Positions 21,332 through 31,477 are shown, counted from the stretch's first letter. The stretch is 42,442 bases of DNA from an uncultured Nitrososphaerota archaeon (GCA_964408285.1 CAYOYV010000015.1:1-42442); one strand, 5' to 3'. The notes: generated by a model from the sequence alone, not told the origin. A program made the numbers and translations.

Positions 21332-22242
21332 GTCTAGGCGTTCTCTCTTCCTTCAAGCGCTTCTTAGACCAAATTGGAAAAAGGGAGCTGACGGAGAAGG
21401 AACTGGAGATACCACTCCAGGATCTTAGGCTGAGATTGGTCGATAACGATGTGGCCTACGAGCTTGCGGAAAAAACGACTGAGCATCTGAAAAGGGTCCT
21501 CGTAGGACAGAAGGCAAAGTGGACGGAGACTACTATCAGAACCACGGTAGTCAGTGAATTGAAATCATATCTCATTTCAGAACTGCCGACACAAGAGCTA
21601 GATTTGCTATTGGAGGCTAGGAAAGTGATCGAGAAGGGAACTCCCTTTGTGATCATGTTCATCGGGACAAATGGTTCCGGCAAGTCAACGACTCTAGCGA
21701 AATTCGGGCACATGTATGCGACGGCAGATCTTCGGCCAATTTTGGTTTGCTCTGACACTTACAGGGCTGGTGCGCTCGAACAGCTTCAGATTCACTCAAA
21801 CAGACTGGGGCTTCCTTTGATAGGAGGCAAGCGTGGGGACGATCCTGCCGCCGTGTCCTTCAAGGCATTACAGGATGCAGCGAGCAGCTCTTCAAACGTT
21901 CTCCTAATCGATACAGCAGGTCGACTTCAGACGGACATCAATCTAACGAATGAACTGAGGAAGATAAAGAGGGTAGTCGAACCATCTCATACGATATTGG
22001 TGGTGGATGCCCTTATAGGGAACGATGCCTGGGACCAAGCGAAGCTATTCGAGGAATCCGTTGGTTTCGATTCAGCTGTCTTGGCGAAGTTCGATGCGGA
22101 CGTGAAGGGAGGCGCCGCACTATCTGTTGCTTATTCTGCCAGAAGGCCGATTTCATATGTCGGAGTAGGCCAAAGGTACACCGACCTACGCAGATTTTCG
22201 ATGCTGGATTACATTGAGGCAATTCTGTCCAGGCTGATGTAA
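21328..22242 (+). CDS. ftsY: SRP receptor FtsY
   Basis: GTNGSGKSTT, DTYRAGA.EQL, DTAGR, AKFDADVKGG, GVGQ.Y.DL. Confidence 0.97.
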   Translation: MSLGVLSSFKRFLDQIGKRELTEKELEIPLQDLRLRLVDNDVAYELAEKTTEHLKRVLVGQKAKWTETTIRTTVVSELKSYLISELPTQELDLLLEARKVIEKGTPFVIMFIGTNGSGKSTTLAKFGHMYATADLRPILVCSDTYRAGALEQLQIHSNRLGLPLIGGKRGDDPAAVSFKALQDAASSSSNVLLIDTAGRLQTDINLTNELRKIKRVVEPSHTILVVDALIGNDAWDQAKLFEESVGFDSAVLAKFDADVKGGAALSVAYSARRPISYVGVGQRYTDLRRFSMLDYIEAILSRLM

Positions 22243-22469
22243 TCTTCTCAATCCATCCATGGAACAAGGTCTAGCGAACCCTACAACCAAAGGAGTTCAA
22301 CATGACCTAATCGACAGCTCCAGAATTCCGTGAGTTTCGGAATATTACGATAAGAGGAGGATTCTGCCCTTAGGAAACCGGGACCAGGCCAAACCGATTT
22401 CTCCACTCAGCGCTCGTTCTGCTTCATTTTTCATAATTGGTCTAGGCTTCGAAAAGGGAAAGAATAAAA

Positions 22470-22673
22470 ATGGGGCAATCGGTTAACGCCACAGGATTGC
22501 CCGAATTCACCATATTGAGGAAGATTAGGAAGGCATTATCTGTGTCGACCAAGCCCGACAGATCCTCCTTCTTGGAGTCGCTCAGGATAACTCTCATAGG
22601 AATAGGAGCCGTGGGCCTTTTGACCTTCCTAGTTCACCTGCTTTCGTTGATCTTTCAATTCGGCCCGAGGTGA
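22470..22673 (+). CDS. secE: Protein translocase SecE/Sec61 gamma
   Basis: KPD..F plus one transmembrane helix, directly before spt5. Confidence 0.85.
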   Translation: MGQSVNATGLPEFTILRKIRKALSVSTKPDRSSFLESLRITLIGIGAVGLLTFLVHLLSLIFQFGPR

Positions 22674-22679
22674 TCTGCT

Positions 22680-23141
22680 TTGTTCTTTCTGGTCAAGACT
22701 ACTCCTGGAAGGGAAAGGGCTGTAGCAGAATCAATAATGTATAGAGCAGTCGCCGAGAAGATCCCAGTTTCATCGCTCCTTTCTCCGGATGATCTCAGAG
22801 GCTACATAATCGTAGAATGCCAGACCTCATACCCAGTTGACCTCGTAATACAGGACGTGAAAAACGCAAGGGGCAGACTCCCGGGGGTTCTTACCCAAGA
22901 AGAGGTCACTAAATACTTCGGAGAGAAACCCATCATCGAGGCCCTTTCGGTCGGAGACATAGTCGAAGTTAAATCGGGGGTGTTCAAGAGGATGAAAGCC
23001 AAAATACTGGAAGTGGACACCACTAGGAACGAGATCACGATAGAACTACAGGAAGGAGCAACTCCGTTCCCGATAACACTCTCCGCGGACTTGGTCAAGT
23101 ATCTTGGCAAGAGCAAAGAAGGCGAGGAAACCGGGAAATAG
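22680..23141 (+). CDS. spt5: Transcription elongation factor Spt5/NusG
   Basis: VKTTPGRE, GYIIVE, KOW motif GDIVEVKSGVFK. Confidence 0.95.
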   Translation: MFFLVKTTPGRERAVAESIMYRAVAEKIPVSSLLSPDDLRGYIIVECQTSYPVDLVIQDVKNARGRLPGVLTQEEVTKYFGEKPIIEALSVGDIVEVKSGVFKRMKAKILEVDTTRNEITIELQEGATPFPITLSADLVKYLGKSKEGEETGK

Positions 23142-23180
23142 TTTAAATCCTCATCGAAAATCGAAAATCGGACGCTGAAT

Positions 23181-23666
23181 TTGCCGGAGAAAGTCTCAAT
23201 CTCTGCAATTGTGACAGGCGGGCAAGCGAATCCCGGACCGCCCCTAGGGCCATCCTTGGGTCCTTTAGGAGTCAATGTGGGGGCGGTGATCGCGGAGATT
23301 AACAGAGCAACGACTGATTTCTCAGGCATGAAGGTGCCTGTTACAGTCACGGTTGATTCGGAAACAAAGAAATTCGAGGTGACCGTTGGCATGCCACCCA
23401 CCATTGCATTGATACTGAAGGAGGCAGGTGCTCAGAAGGGTTCGTCAAATGCTTGGAAACAGCCAGTGGGGGACATCCCCTTCGACAAGATAGTCTCAGT
23501 AGCAGAAAAGAAAATGTCGGTGTCAAAATCGAAGAATCTGAAGAACCATGTGTTACAAGTCCTTGGCACCTGCTTGAGCGTCGGCGTGACTGTAGACGGG
23601 AAGCCCCCTAAGGAGATCATGGAGCGAGTGAAATCGGGAGAACTAAAGGCCGCGAGGGGGAAATAG
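23181..23666 (+). CDS. rpl11: 50S ribosomal protein uL11
   Basis: GGQANPGPPLGPSLGPLG, GTCLSVGV. Confidence 0.97.
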   Translation: MPEKVSISAIVTGGQANPGPPLGPSLGPLGVNVGAVIAEINRATTDFSGMKVPVTVTVDSETKKFEVTVGMPPTIALILKEAGAQKGSSNAWKQPVGDIPFDKIVSVAEKKMSVSKSKNLKNHVLQVLGTCLSVGVTVDGKPPKEIMERVKSGELKAARGK

Positions 23667-23670
23667 TGAA

Positions 23671-24342
23671 ATGGCCTCGGTCGAGGAAATCATCCAGGAG
23701 TTATTGAAGAAAGCATTAGCCCCTGAGAATCAGAAGACAAAGAAGTTCAGGCAATCGGTAGACCTCTATCTAAGATTCAGAGAACTCGACCTAAAGAAAC
23801 CAGAGAATAAGTTCGCGTCAATCGTAGAGCTCTCAAGATTCCCTCAAGGTAAGGAGAACAAAGTGGCAATCATCACCGGGGGGCCGCTTGCACCGGCGGC
23901 TAGAACTCTGGGAGTTGACGTGATAACTCGTGAACAGATAGAGGCGGTGTCCGGGAACAAGAACGCTGCTAGAAAAATGATTGAGCCATACGACTTTCTT
24001 ATATCAGAAGCTCCATTGATGGGGCTAGTGGGTAGAGTCTTCGGCCCCTTCTTAGGACCGAAGGACAAGATGCCTGTGCCGATTCCGCCAAATGCAGATA
24101 TTGGGCCGGTTGTATCAAGACTGAAGAAGAGCGTTTTGATAAGGCTCAAAACACAGAAGGCGCTTTCGGCTTCAATAGGAACGGAGGACATGACTCTAGA
24201 GGAATTAAGGGAGAACGGGATGAGGATCGTCTCGGCGGTCGAGCAAAAGGTACCAAATGGACTCAGAGCTGTCGATTCCATTACGATCAAGACGACAATG
24301 GGCAATCCAGTATCCTCTAGGCTGTGGGTGAAGGAGAAATGA
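23671..24342 (+). CDS. rpl1: 50S ribosomal protein uL1
   Basis: KFRQSVDL, GPFLGPKDKMP, IKTTMG. Confidence 0.96.
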   Translation: MASVEEIIQELLKKALAPENQKTKKFRQSVDLYLRFRELDLKKPENKFASIVELSRFPQGKENKVAIITGGPLAPAARTLGVDVITREQIEAVSGNKNAARKMIEPYDFLISEAPLMGLVGRVFGPFLGPKDKMPVPIPPNADIGPVVSRLKKSVLIRLKTQKALSASIGTEDMTLEELRENGMRIVSAVEQKVPNGLRAVDSITIKTTMGNPVSSRLWVKEK

Positions 24343-25196
24343 CCGAGCGGAGACCAGCGCTTGCGAAGAAGGTGAAACAGATGGAGGAGCTGGCGGCCAT
24401 CCTGAAGGCCTACAAGACCATATTAGTAATAGATTCATCGAGAGTCAGGACCTATCTAATAAACGATATGAGGTTGACGTTCGATGGGCGGGTGCTATTC
24501 AGATACGTAAAACCTAATGTGCTTAAGAAGGCAACAACTCAAATCGGGGAAGCGTCACTTACAGAATTCGCAAGCAAACATTCGTATGGAACATTGATTT
24601 TGGCGCTTACAAACGAGGATCCATTCAAGGTGACTGATGAATTCAGGAGGAACTCGATGCAACTGAGGGCGAAATCAGGAGACATTGCACAATCCGATAT
24701 TGTGGTCGAACCAATGAATACAGGTCTTCCTCCTGGTCCGGTGATCTCGGAGTTGAACGAAGCTGGGCTGCCAACGCGCATCGAAACTGGAAGTGTTTGG
24801 ATTACAAAGAGAACTACGGTGGCAAAGGCGGGAGAAGTAATCTCTCCCCGTAAGGCTGCGGCACTTTCTAAGATAGGAATTAAACCAATTAGACTCTATC
24901 TATCGCCGAAAGCCGCCTTCTCGGACAAGATCGAAATAGCAGGAAGCATTCTGAAGATCGAACCTTCGGAAGTCTATGAAGGCCTAAGCCTAGCTACCCG
25001 TGATGCCCTTCTGGTGTCACTGGATATCATCTTTTTCTCAGATAAGACACTTCCGATACTTCTGTCAAAGGCAGTCACGGTCGCCATGAGCTTGGCCATT
25101 GCAACTGACTATTCATTGACAGAGACGATCGAACCATTAATCAAAAAGGCCCAAGCAGAAGTGAAATCACTCGAATCCTCAATAGGGGCTGCTTGA
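24339..25196 (+). CDS. rpl10: 50S ribosomal protein uL10 (P0)
   Basis: AKSGDIAQSDIVV, TGLPPGP.ISEL; synteny. Confidence 0.95.
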   Translation: MTERRPALAKKVKQMEELAAILKAYKTILVIDSSRVRTYLINDMRLTFDGRVLFRYVKPNVLKKATTQIGEASLTEFASKHSYGTLILALTNEDPFKVTDEFRRNSMQLRAKSGDIAQSDIVVEPMNTGLPPGPVISELNEAGLPTRIETGSVWITKRTTVAKAGEVISPRKAAALSKIGIKPIRLYLSPKAAFSDKIEIAGSILKIEPSEVYEGLSLATRDALLVSLDIIFFSDKTLPILLSKAVTVAMSLAIATDYSLTETIEPLIKKAQAEVKSLESSIGAA

Positions 25197-25243
25197 GATT
25201 AGGATTTAAATAGGGGTGAACCCCATCGTCGGAAAAGATAACC

Positions 25244-25549
25244 ATGTCTGAATATTTGCACGCGGCGTTGCTATTACATGCTGCCAAGAAGGAGATAAGC
25301 GAGGAAAATCTGAAGAAAGTGGTAAAGGCGGCAGGGGTGGAACCTGATCCTCAGAGAGTCAAGATGCTTGTCTCCGCACTTTCTAGTGTTGACATAGACA
25401 AGATTCTGTCCACCGCAACTTCTGCACCCTTGGTGGCACCCGCAATAGGAGGGCAAGCGACACCCTCTAAGGCAGAAAAGAAACCTGCCGAGGAACCCAA
25501 AGAGGAGAAGAAGGAGGAAATGGCAGGACTGGGAGCGTTATTCCAGTAG
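25244..25549 (+). CDS. rpl12: 50S ribosomal protein P1/aL12
   Basis: EYLHAALLLH, C-terminal GLGALF; TTTAAATA box near 25205. Confidence 0.96.
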   Translation: MSEYLHAALLLHAAKKEISEENLKKVVKAAGVEPDPQRVKMLVSALSSVDIDKILSTATSAPLVAPAIGGQATPSKAEKKPAEEPKEEKKEEMAGLGALFQ

Positions 25550-25551
25550 GA

Positions 25552-26220
25552 CTAGGATAACTTCGCCCCACAATTGTAGCAATATAGACTCGTTTCTGGA
25601 TTTTCGGCTCCACATCTAGGGCACATTCTAGTTTTCGGTTCCTTCTTTGGCTCAGCAGGTGGCGTCTTAGACGGGGTGGTAACGGATTGTTGGGGTTGCT
25701 TCGCTGGAACTACCTCAGCAACTGGAGGACGAGGGGCACGAACCTCCGCAGGTCCTGCGGGCCTGTGCTGAGCAATCATAGACGAAACCCTCTCCATGTC
25801 GTCATCCATACTGGAGATTAATGAATTAATCGAACCACTGAATTCCTCTATCGCCTGAAGCCTCATCAAGTATGTGGCCCTGCTGACTTTGTACTGATCC
25901 TCTGGAGTAGAGCCTATCGTATATCTAACCTCAAGACTTTCCAAGTCATGTCTCGATTGCTTCTGCTCCTCTGTCATCCTCCCCAATCTTTCTTCAGCCG
26001 ACTTCTTGAGATCTGTGTGCTTTGGCACATATGCCTCGAACCTGTTCGATATGTCGTCCAAGACCTCCCTGAATACGACATCGCTCACTTTGCCCTCGCT
26101 CCTCAGTTGGACTAGCCTTTCCAACTGCTGCCTCAGCTTCTGAAATTGCTTTGAAGTTAGGTCGAGTTCGTGGTGAAGTTCGTCGTCGGAGAGAAACTCA
26201 TAGCTCAACTTAATCGGCAT
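25552..26220 (-). CDS. CdvA-like coiled-coil protein with Pro-rich linker and Zn ribbon
   Basis: Helical repeats ending GKVSDVVF and IGSTPEDQY; C-terminal CPRCG..CYNCG. Confidence 0.7.
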   Translation of the reverse strand: MPIKLSYEFLSDDELHHELDLTSKQFQKLRQQLERLVQLRSEGKVSDVVFREVLDDISNRFEAYVPKHTDLKKSAEERLGRMTEEQKQSRHDLESLEVRYTIGSTPEDQYKVSRATYLMRLQAIEEFSGSINSLISSMDDDMERVSSMIAQHRPAGPAEVRAPRPPVAEVVPAKQPQQSVTTPSKTPPAEPKKEPKTRMCPRCGAENPETSLYCYNCGAKLS

Positions 26221-26283
26221 GTAGTATGGTGGTTTTGTATTTAAGTTCTTATTTCGAGCTGCCAAAAGCCATCCGGAACTAAG

Positions 26284-26377
26284 TGGGCCGGGCCGGGCTC
26301 GAACCGGCGACCTTCTGCGTGTCAGGCAGATCTTAGAGGCAAGCTCCTCCTGTCCTAACCGCCTAGACGACCGGCCC
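26284..26377 (-). tRNA. tRNA-Val(GAC) with a 20-nt intron at 25/26 (26332-26351)
   Basis: GGGCCGG/CCGGCCC-A acceptor; TCTGC-CTGACAC-GCAGA anticodon arm; insert AGGAGGAGCTTGCCTCTAAG in a relaxed BHB (TAGG/TCTA). Confidence 0.9.
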
Positions 26378-26418
26378 CAATTTGCCCCAACGACGCGTTT
26401 ATTTTAAATTTAGGGCTA

Positions 26419-27510
26419 CTAGGATTCCATCCTGGATTTCAGGAACTCCACTATCTCTCTTGCCTCTGGATCCCTCTGCAGGGCCTCCCTAGCAGGTTTC
26501 AGTCTCTTTATGAGAAAGGAGGCCAGCTCTTCCTTGAGATCTGCCGGGTGAAGCGATCCCTTCCCATAATCCCTGGCCAAATCTTGGTGTGATGCGTAAG
26601 TGATGTCGCCGCCGAATTTCGATGATCTATGGACTGTGAATTCCTTCTGTTCCCTGAATACTATGTACTTAACTATGTCCAACAGGGGATTGTATTCCAC
26701 GACCTTGGGAGGTGCAAACGAGTTCTTGATTTTCTGGGCGATTTCCTCGGGAGAATCATAGACGAAAATGGCCCCCTCCGGTCTTGACTTGCTCATCTTC
26801 ACCTCCAGTATTGCTTTCTTCTTATCTTCGGATGATTCAGGAAAAGGCCAAACAGGGGGCCTTATCAGACCCTTCAGTATATGATGATGCACACAAACCG
26901 GTTTCCAAAGACCCAATTTGGGCCCGACTTCCCTAGCCACCATATTTGCTTTCCTTTGGTCCAATCCAAGTTGGCATATATCGACTTTCATTTGGAAGAT
27001 GTCAGCCACCTGCATGGGCGTGTAAAGAAGGTCAGATATCTTCCTCGCTTCCATCTCCGTCCTGCCCATTATCTCCATGGTCCTCCTTCCTCGCATTATG
27101 GTCATCTCCCTCGAGACCATTACTACCTTGTTCCAGTAATCGATGTCATCATAGATCTCCTCGGGCCATACTATCTCAATTTGATCAACAGGAACTCCAA
27201 GCGCCTTCCATGAACTGACGAAGTGATTGGCAGCCTTTTTGATGGCGTCACGATCTCCCCCCAGCTTGTTATTTATCCAGCCGTGCCACGTTGCCAAGAA
27301 CGCCTTGAATTTGATGCCAGCTTGGATCAGGTCCATCATCTTGTATCCGCATATGAGGCCAGTTCCCAAGTGCACAAGCCCGCTTGGTTCCCAACCATCA
27401 TAGGCCACAGGATGGTCATTGGTTTCCAGCAGCTGCTTGAGCTCCTCAAGCTTAACTGTCTCCTCCGTCGGAGACCTAGTTATCAAATCGATTCTAGTCT
27501 CGATGTCCAA
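26419..27510 (-). CDS. tyrS: Tyrosine-tRNA ligase
   Basis: YDGWEPSGLVHLG, YTPMQVADIF, GLDQRK, KMSKS. Confidence 0.97.
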   Translation of the reverse strand: MDIETRIDLITRSPTEETVKLEELKQLLETNDHPVAYDGWEPSGLVHLGTGLICGYKMMDLIQAGIKFKAFLATWHGWINNKLGGDRDAIKKAANHFVSSWKALGVPVDQIEIVWPEEIYDDIDYWNKVVMVSREMTIMRGRRTMEIMGRTEMEARKISDLLYTPMQVADIFQMKVDICQLGLDQRKANMVAREVGPKLGLWKPVCVHHHILKGLIRPPVWPFPESSEDKKKAILEVKMSKSRPEGAIFVYDSPEEIAQKIKNSFAPPKVVEYNPLLDIVKYIVFREQKEFTVHRSSKFGGDITYASHQDLARDYGKGSLHPADLKEELASFLIKRLKPAREALQRDPEAREIVEFLKSRMES

Positions 27511-27621
27511 ATCCTCTCATCACTGGTATTGTGTCTCTCGCTCTCTGCCGATCGCGGAGAAAATAAAGATTCCGGAAATCCAGCTCATATGGCACCATGG
27601 TTCCAAGGTGATTTTCGGAGG

Positions 27622-28893
27622 CTAGACTTCGGCTCCGAGTTCCTTTACGAGTTCCTGAGCTCTGTCGAATCTAACCTTTCCCTCCTTGACCATGATGTCT
27701 GAGACTTTTTCTATCAGATCGCCTTTAGCTCCTGCCATGACCGCGACATTCCTGGCGTGCAATCTCATGTGGCCTCGTTGTATCCCTTCCAACGCCAGTG
27801 CCCTTAGCGCGGCAAAATTCTGAGCAAGTCCGACAGCCGCCATTATCCTAGCCAACTCGGTTGCAGTTTTCACGCCAAGAATCTTGAGGGCTACTCGCGC
27901 GACGGGATGGACCTTGGTCGCTCCACCAACCAAGCCTACTGCCATGGGCATTTCTATTGTTCCAGTCAGATCTCCGTTTTCGTTCTTCTCCCAAGTGCTG
28001 AGTGGAACGTAGTCTCCACTTGTTGCCGCATAGGCGTGAGCCCCGGCTTCCAAAGCTCTATGATCTTGACCGGTAGCGAGTGCAACGGCAATCACCCCAT
28101 TCATTACGCCTTTGTTGTGGGTAGCCGCCCTGTAAGGATCTGCGGCAGCAAACGCCCATGCTTTGACTATGGCATCCACTGCACCTTCTCCTCCTATCTC
28201 TGACTTGCTCACAATAGCTCTCGCTCTCACTATTCTTTGATCGGCAAGGTTCGATACTATCCTGAGCAATGCTTTGCCTCCTGTCAACTGCTCCAAGTAA
28301 GGTGCCACTCCCTCGCACATTGTATTCACCGCGTTGGCTCCCATCGCGTCTCTTACGTCTATCAACAGATGAACTATCACCAGCGGTCCGACTTTCGAAT
28401 CAAGAACTCTCACGTTCACTTCCCTTGCCCCGCCTCCGAGTTTCACCAAGACGGGGTCTTGTTCATTGGCCATTCTAAGTATCTCCTGCTCATGCTCTAG
28501 GATTCTCATCTTTGCAGTCCAAGCATCCTTAACATCTGTCATCTGAATCTGTCCTATCATTATCGGTTGAGTGCAAGTAGTGAGAATCCCTCCGCTTTCC
28601 CTCATGATCTTTGCCGCGTTACTTGCTGCTGCCACAACGGATGGCTCTTCCAGCACCATTGGCACTAGGCAATCCTTCCCATCGATCAGAAAGTTGGCCG
28701 CAACTGCAAATGGATAGGACATAGTTCCTATGACATTCTCGATCATCCTATTCGCGGTTTCCAAGTCAAGATTTCCGACTTTCTTCACCAACTCAACTTC
28801 CTCATCTGCCAATCCCGCGAAATCCTTGACCAGGCTAAGCCTTTCTTCAATTGACAAGTTGTAGAACCCAACAATTCGAGAACTCTTGTTCAC
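27622..28893 (-). CDS. mvaA: HMG-CoA reductase, class II
   Basis: MIENVIG, EEPSVVAA, DAMGAN, RAATHNKG, GIQRGHM.LHARN. Confidence 0.95.
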   Translation of the reverse strand: MNKSSRIVGFYNLSIEERLSLVKDFAGLADEEVELVKKVGNLDLETANRMIENVIGTMSYPFAVAANFLIDGKDCLVPMVLEEPSVVAAASNAAKIMRESGGILTTCTQPIMIGQIQMTDVKDAWTAKMRILEHEQEILRMANEQDPVLVKLGGGAREVNVRVLDSKVGPLVIVHLLIDVRDAMGANAVNTMCEGVAPYLEQLTGGKALLRIVSNLADQRIVRARAIVSKSEIGGEGAVDAIVKAWAFAAADPYRAATHNKGVMNGVIAVALATGQDHRALEAGAHAYAATSGDYVPLSTWEKNENGDLTGTIEMPMAVGLVGGATKVHPVARVALKILGVKTATELARIMAAVGLAQNFAALRALALEGIQRGHMRLHARNVAVMAGAKGDLIEKVSDIMVKEGKVRFDRAQELVKELGAEV

Positions 28894-29411
28894 AGCCTAG
28901 ACGAATTCGTCAGTCTTAAATCCCTATCGTATTGGACGCAGACAGATGTCGAACACATTCATAGCTGTAAAAGGAAAATAGACAAGACTGACAAACACTC
29001 CCGTGCTTCGATAGAATCAAGCGCGTTCATCACGAAGCCCGCAGTGGCCTCTGCTGATTATCGTGATTGGGAATCGGATCGCCTCCGGGTCCCTCTTCTT
29101 TTCTTTTTTGCGTATGTCTTACTCAGGGTTCCAAAACGCAACCAGGGTCCCCTCCCCCGGCATCCCTCTTAGGACCGGGTAGGCCTCGACTATCGGACTG
29201 ACGCAGAAGATCCGAACCGAAAACGTCCAAGCTTAATGTAGGTCTCACCATGAGAATGTACTCCTCTTTTCACGCTCACGCTTATTTGGCATCAAGGAAA
29301 CATGAGGAAAGGAATGACAAAGATGGTTAGGATTGACGTCTCGTATTGGATGCGAGATCGATTCTGCTGCCGGGGCTTCAACTAACCTGTGCGTGAAAGC
29401 AAGAAGAGAAG

Positions 29412-29500
29412 TGGACCGGCAGGGATTCGAACCCCGGACCTCCCGCAATTTGGGCCTCTGGAACGCCAAGCGGGCTCTCTACCAACTGAGATACCGGCCC
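29412..29500 (-). tRNA. tRNA-Ala(GGC) with a 16-nt intron at 37/38 (29448-29463)
   Basis: GGGCCGG/CCGGTCC-A acceptor with G3-U70; CCCGC-TTGGCG|..|T-GCGGG; central helix TTGG/CCAA. Confidence 0.92.
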
Positions 29501-29610
29501 CTCTTCCTAGAAACAAGAGGTCCAATATTTTTACTTTGCTGGGCGGATTCGATCGAGAAAAGACAAGCATCCAGCAAATCAATAAAAGGAATGCCTCGAG
29601 CAATAAGGGT

Positions 29611-30915
29611 ATGGCAAGATTGACTGAATACCTGGAGCGGGCGCCTCTTACTAGGTTTCACTATGTGTTCTTGATAATCCTGAGCCTGTCATATGCCCTG
29701 ACGGGAATGAACGTTCTGTTGATAGGGGCTGTGTTGCCATCGATAAAGCTGGAATGGAAACTCGACGACGTTTCGTCGGGGCTACTTCTGAGTGCCGGCT
29801 ATGCTGGAATGGCAATCGGCGCAGTCTCCAGCGGGTTACTCTCAGATCGTATAGGGCGGAAAAAGACACTGATGGCAATGTTGGCAATAATGTCAATACT
29901 TACGGCTATGTGCGCTTTCGCGCGCGATGTCTACTCGATGTCACTGCTTAGATTCTTGGCTGGGATAGGTCTAGGAGGAAGTCTGCCAATTCCTGGAGTG
30001 TATATGTCAGAATACCCGCCGGCGAAATACAGGGGGCGCTTCGTTGGGCTAGTGGAGACTGCTTGGGTTTATGGTTCCCTACTATCGCTCGTCTTCTCCT
30101 ACTTTCTCATTCCTCTTTATGGTTGGCAGAACACCTTTCTAGTGGCCTTGCTTCCGCTTGCCCTAGTTCCGCTTGTCGCTTTTAAGATACCTGAGTCGAT
30201 AAGATACTTGGAAGAGAAGGGAAGATTCGAGGAAGCGAAGGGTATAGTAGTAGGTCTGGATTTCATGAAGGAAAACGATGTAGTCACCACGACCATGGAG
30301 AAATCAAAACATGGCATAAGTGACCTTTTTTCGAAGGAATATCTCAAACGTACGACCGTGCTCTGGATAACTTGGGCCGTGCTAGTTTACACATACCATG
30401 GCATCTTCCTATGGTTACCCACTATATACTCAAAAATGGGATTTACGATAGTCAGATCTCTTGAATGGTCGTTCATAATCACGCTGGCCCAAGTTCCAGG
30501 GTACTACAGCGCGGCCTTCCTCTTGGACAGGTTCGGAAGGAAACCTGTGACTGCGTTCTACCTGGCCATGGCCGGCCTAGGGTGTGTACTGCTGAGCATC
30601 AGCCCAAACGTAGAACTGGTTCTGCTTTGGAGCCTTGTAATTTCGTTCTTCAACCTTGGGGCGTGGTCTGGGCTCTACACATATACCCCTGAGTTGTATC
30701 CAACTGACATCAGAGGGTTCGGTTCTGGAGTTGCAGCGAGCATCGGCAGGATAGCTGGGATAGCAGCTCCGACAGTAACAGGATATCTAATGAGTGTAGG
30801 AAATCTACCATATGCCTTTACCGCCTTCTCAATAGCTCATTTCACCGCAACTCTAGCAGTAGCTCTGATCGGACCTGAGACAAAGGGACTGAGACTGGAG
30901 GAAATCTCTAAGTAA
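29611..30915 (+). CDS. MFS transporter (sugar/aromatic acid/niacin-type)
   Basis: GLLSDRIGRK, RFLAGIGLG, YMSEYPP..RG, YTPELYPTDIRG, PETKG. Start placed at ATG 29611 because the longer ORF overlaps tRNA-Ala. Confidence 0.93.
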   Translation: MARLTEYLERAPLTRFHYVFLIILSLSYALTGMNVLLIGAVLPSIKLEWKLDDVSSGLLLSAGYAGMAIGAVSSGLLSDRIGRKKTLMAMLAIMSILTAMCAFARDVYSMSLLRFLAGIGLGGSLPIPGVYMSEYPPAKYRGRFVGLVETAWVYGSLLSLVFSYFLIPLYGWQNTFLVALLPLALVPLVAFKIPESIRYLEEKGRFEEAKGIVVGLDFMKENDVVTTTMEKSKHGISDLFSKEYLKRTTVLWITWAVLVYTYHGIFLWLPTIYSKMGFTIVRSLEWSFIITLAQVPGYYSAAFLLDRFGRKPVTAFYLAMAGLGCVLLSISPNVELVLLWSLVISFFNLGAWSGLYTYTPELYPTDIRGFGSGVAASIGRIAGIAAPTVTGYLMSVGNLPYAFTAFSIAHFTATLAVALIGPETKGLRLEEISK

Positions 30916-31051
30916 AGGAGGAAAAGAGTGGAAGGATCCTCAGCACGCTTCGGTACTTGTTGGAAACGTGTAAATCGATTATCTAGGCCTTCATACACGC
31001 GGAAAAATCGGATGATAAGTTTTTATTCCTCTTTCCTCCAAGCCTACAAAA

Positions 31052-31477
31052 ATGGCCGATGATCTGGACCTGGAGAGGATAATGCAGAACAAAGCTGAGA
31101 GATTGAAGAGAGAATTTGAGGAGGTAAGAAGTGCAGGTTCACTCAAACAGAAGGTCGGTCAGATTGTCGTCACAGATTCTGATTTTGACTCTGTAGTGCT
31201 CTCTTCCGAATCTCCGGTTCTCGTAGATTTCTGGGCGGAATGGTGTATGCCCTGCAGGGCTATGGACCCGATATTGGAGCATGTGGAGTCTAAATATGGA
31301 GAAAGGATTGTTTTCGCCAAGCTGAACGTAGATGAAAACCCCTCCACTGCCAGCAGATATGAGGTTTTTGGCATACCTACCTTCATACTCTTCCAAGGAG
31401 GCGGCGAAAGAGATAGAATAGTGGGGGCCGTAGATCAAGTTAGATTGGAGGAGATCTTAGCCCCGTACATGGTCTAG
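31052..31477 (+). CDS. trxA: Thioredoxin with N-terminal helical extension
   Basis: VDFWAEWCMPC, KLNVDENP, IPT. Confidence 0.93.
   Translation: MADDLDLERIMQNKAERLKREFEEVRSAGSLKQKVGQIVVTDSDFDSVVLSSESPVLVDFWAEWCMPCRAMDPILEHVESKYGERIVFAKLNVDENPSTASRYEVFGIPTFILFQGGGERDRIVGAVDQVRLEEILAPYMV

Noticed and set aside
22243-22469. Short minus-strand frame with a stop next to the hairpin ATTCCG/CGGAAT
   Set aside because: No BHB central helix and no recognisable product.
29389-29610. 74-aa N-terminal extension of the MFS ORF
   Set aside because: It is an antisense reading of tRNA-Ala; the real start is ATG 29611.
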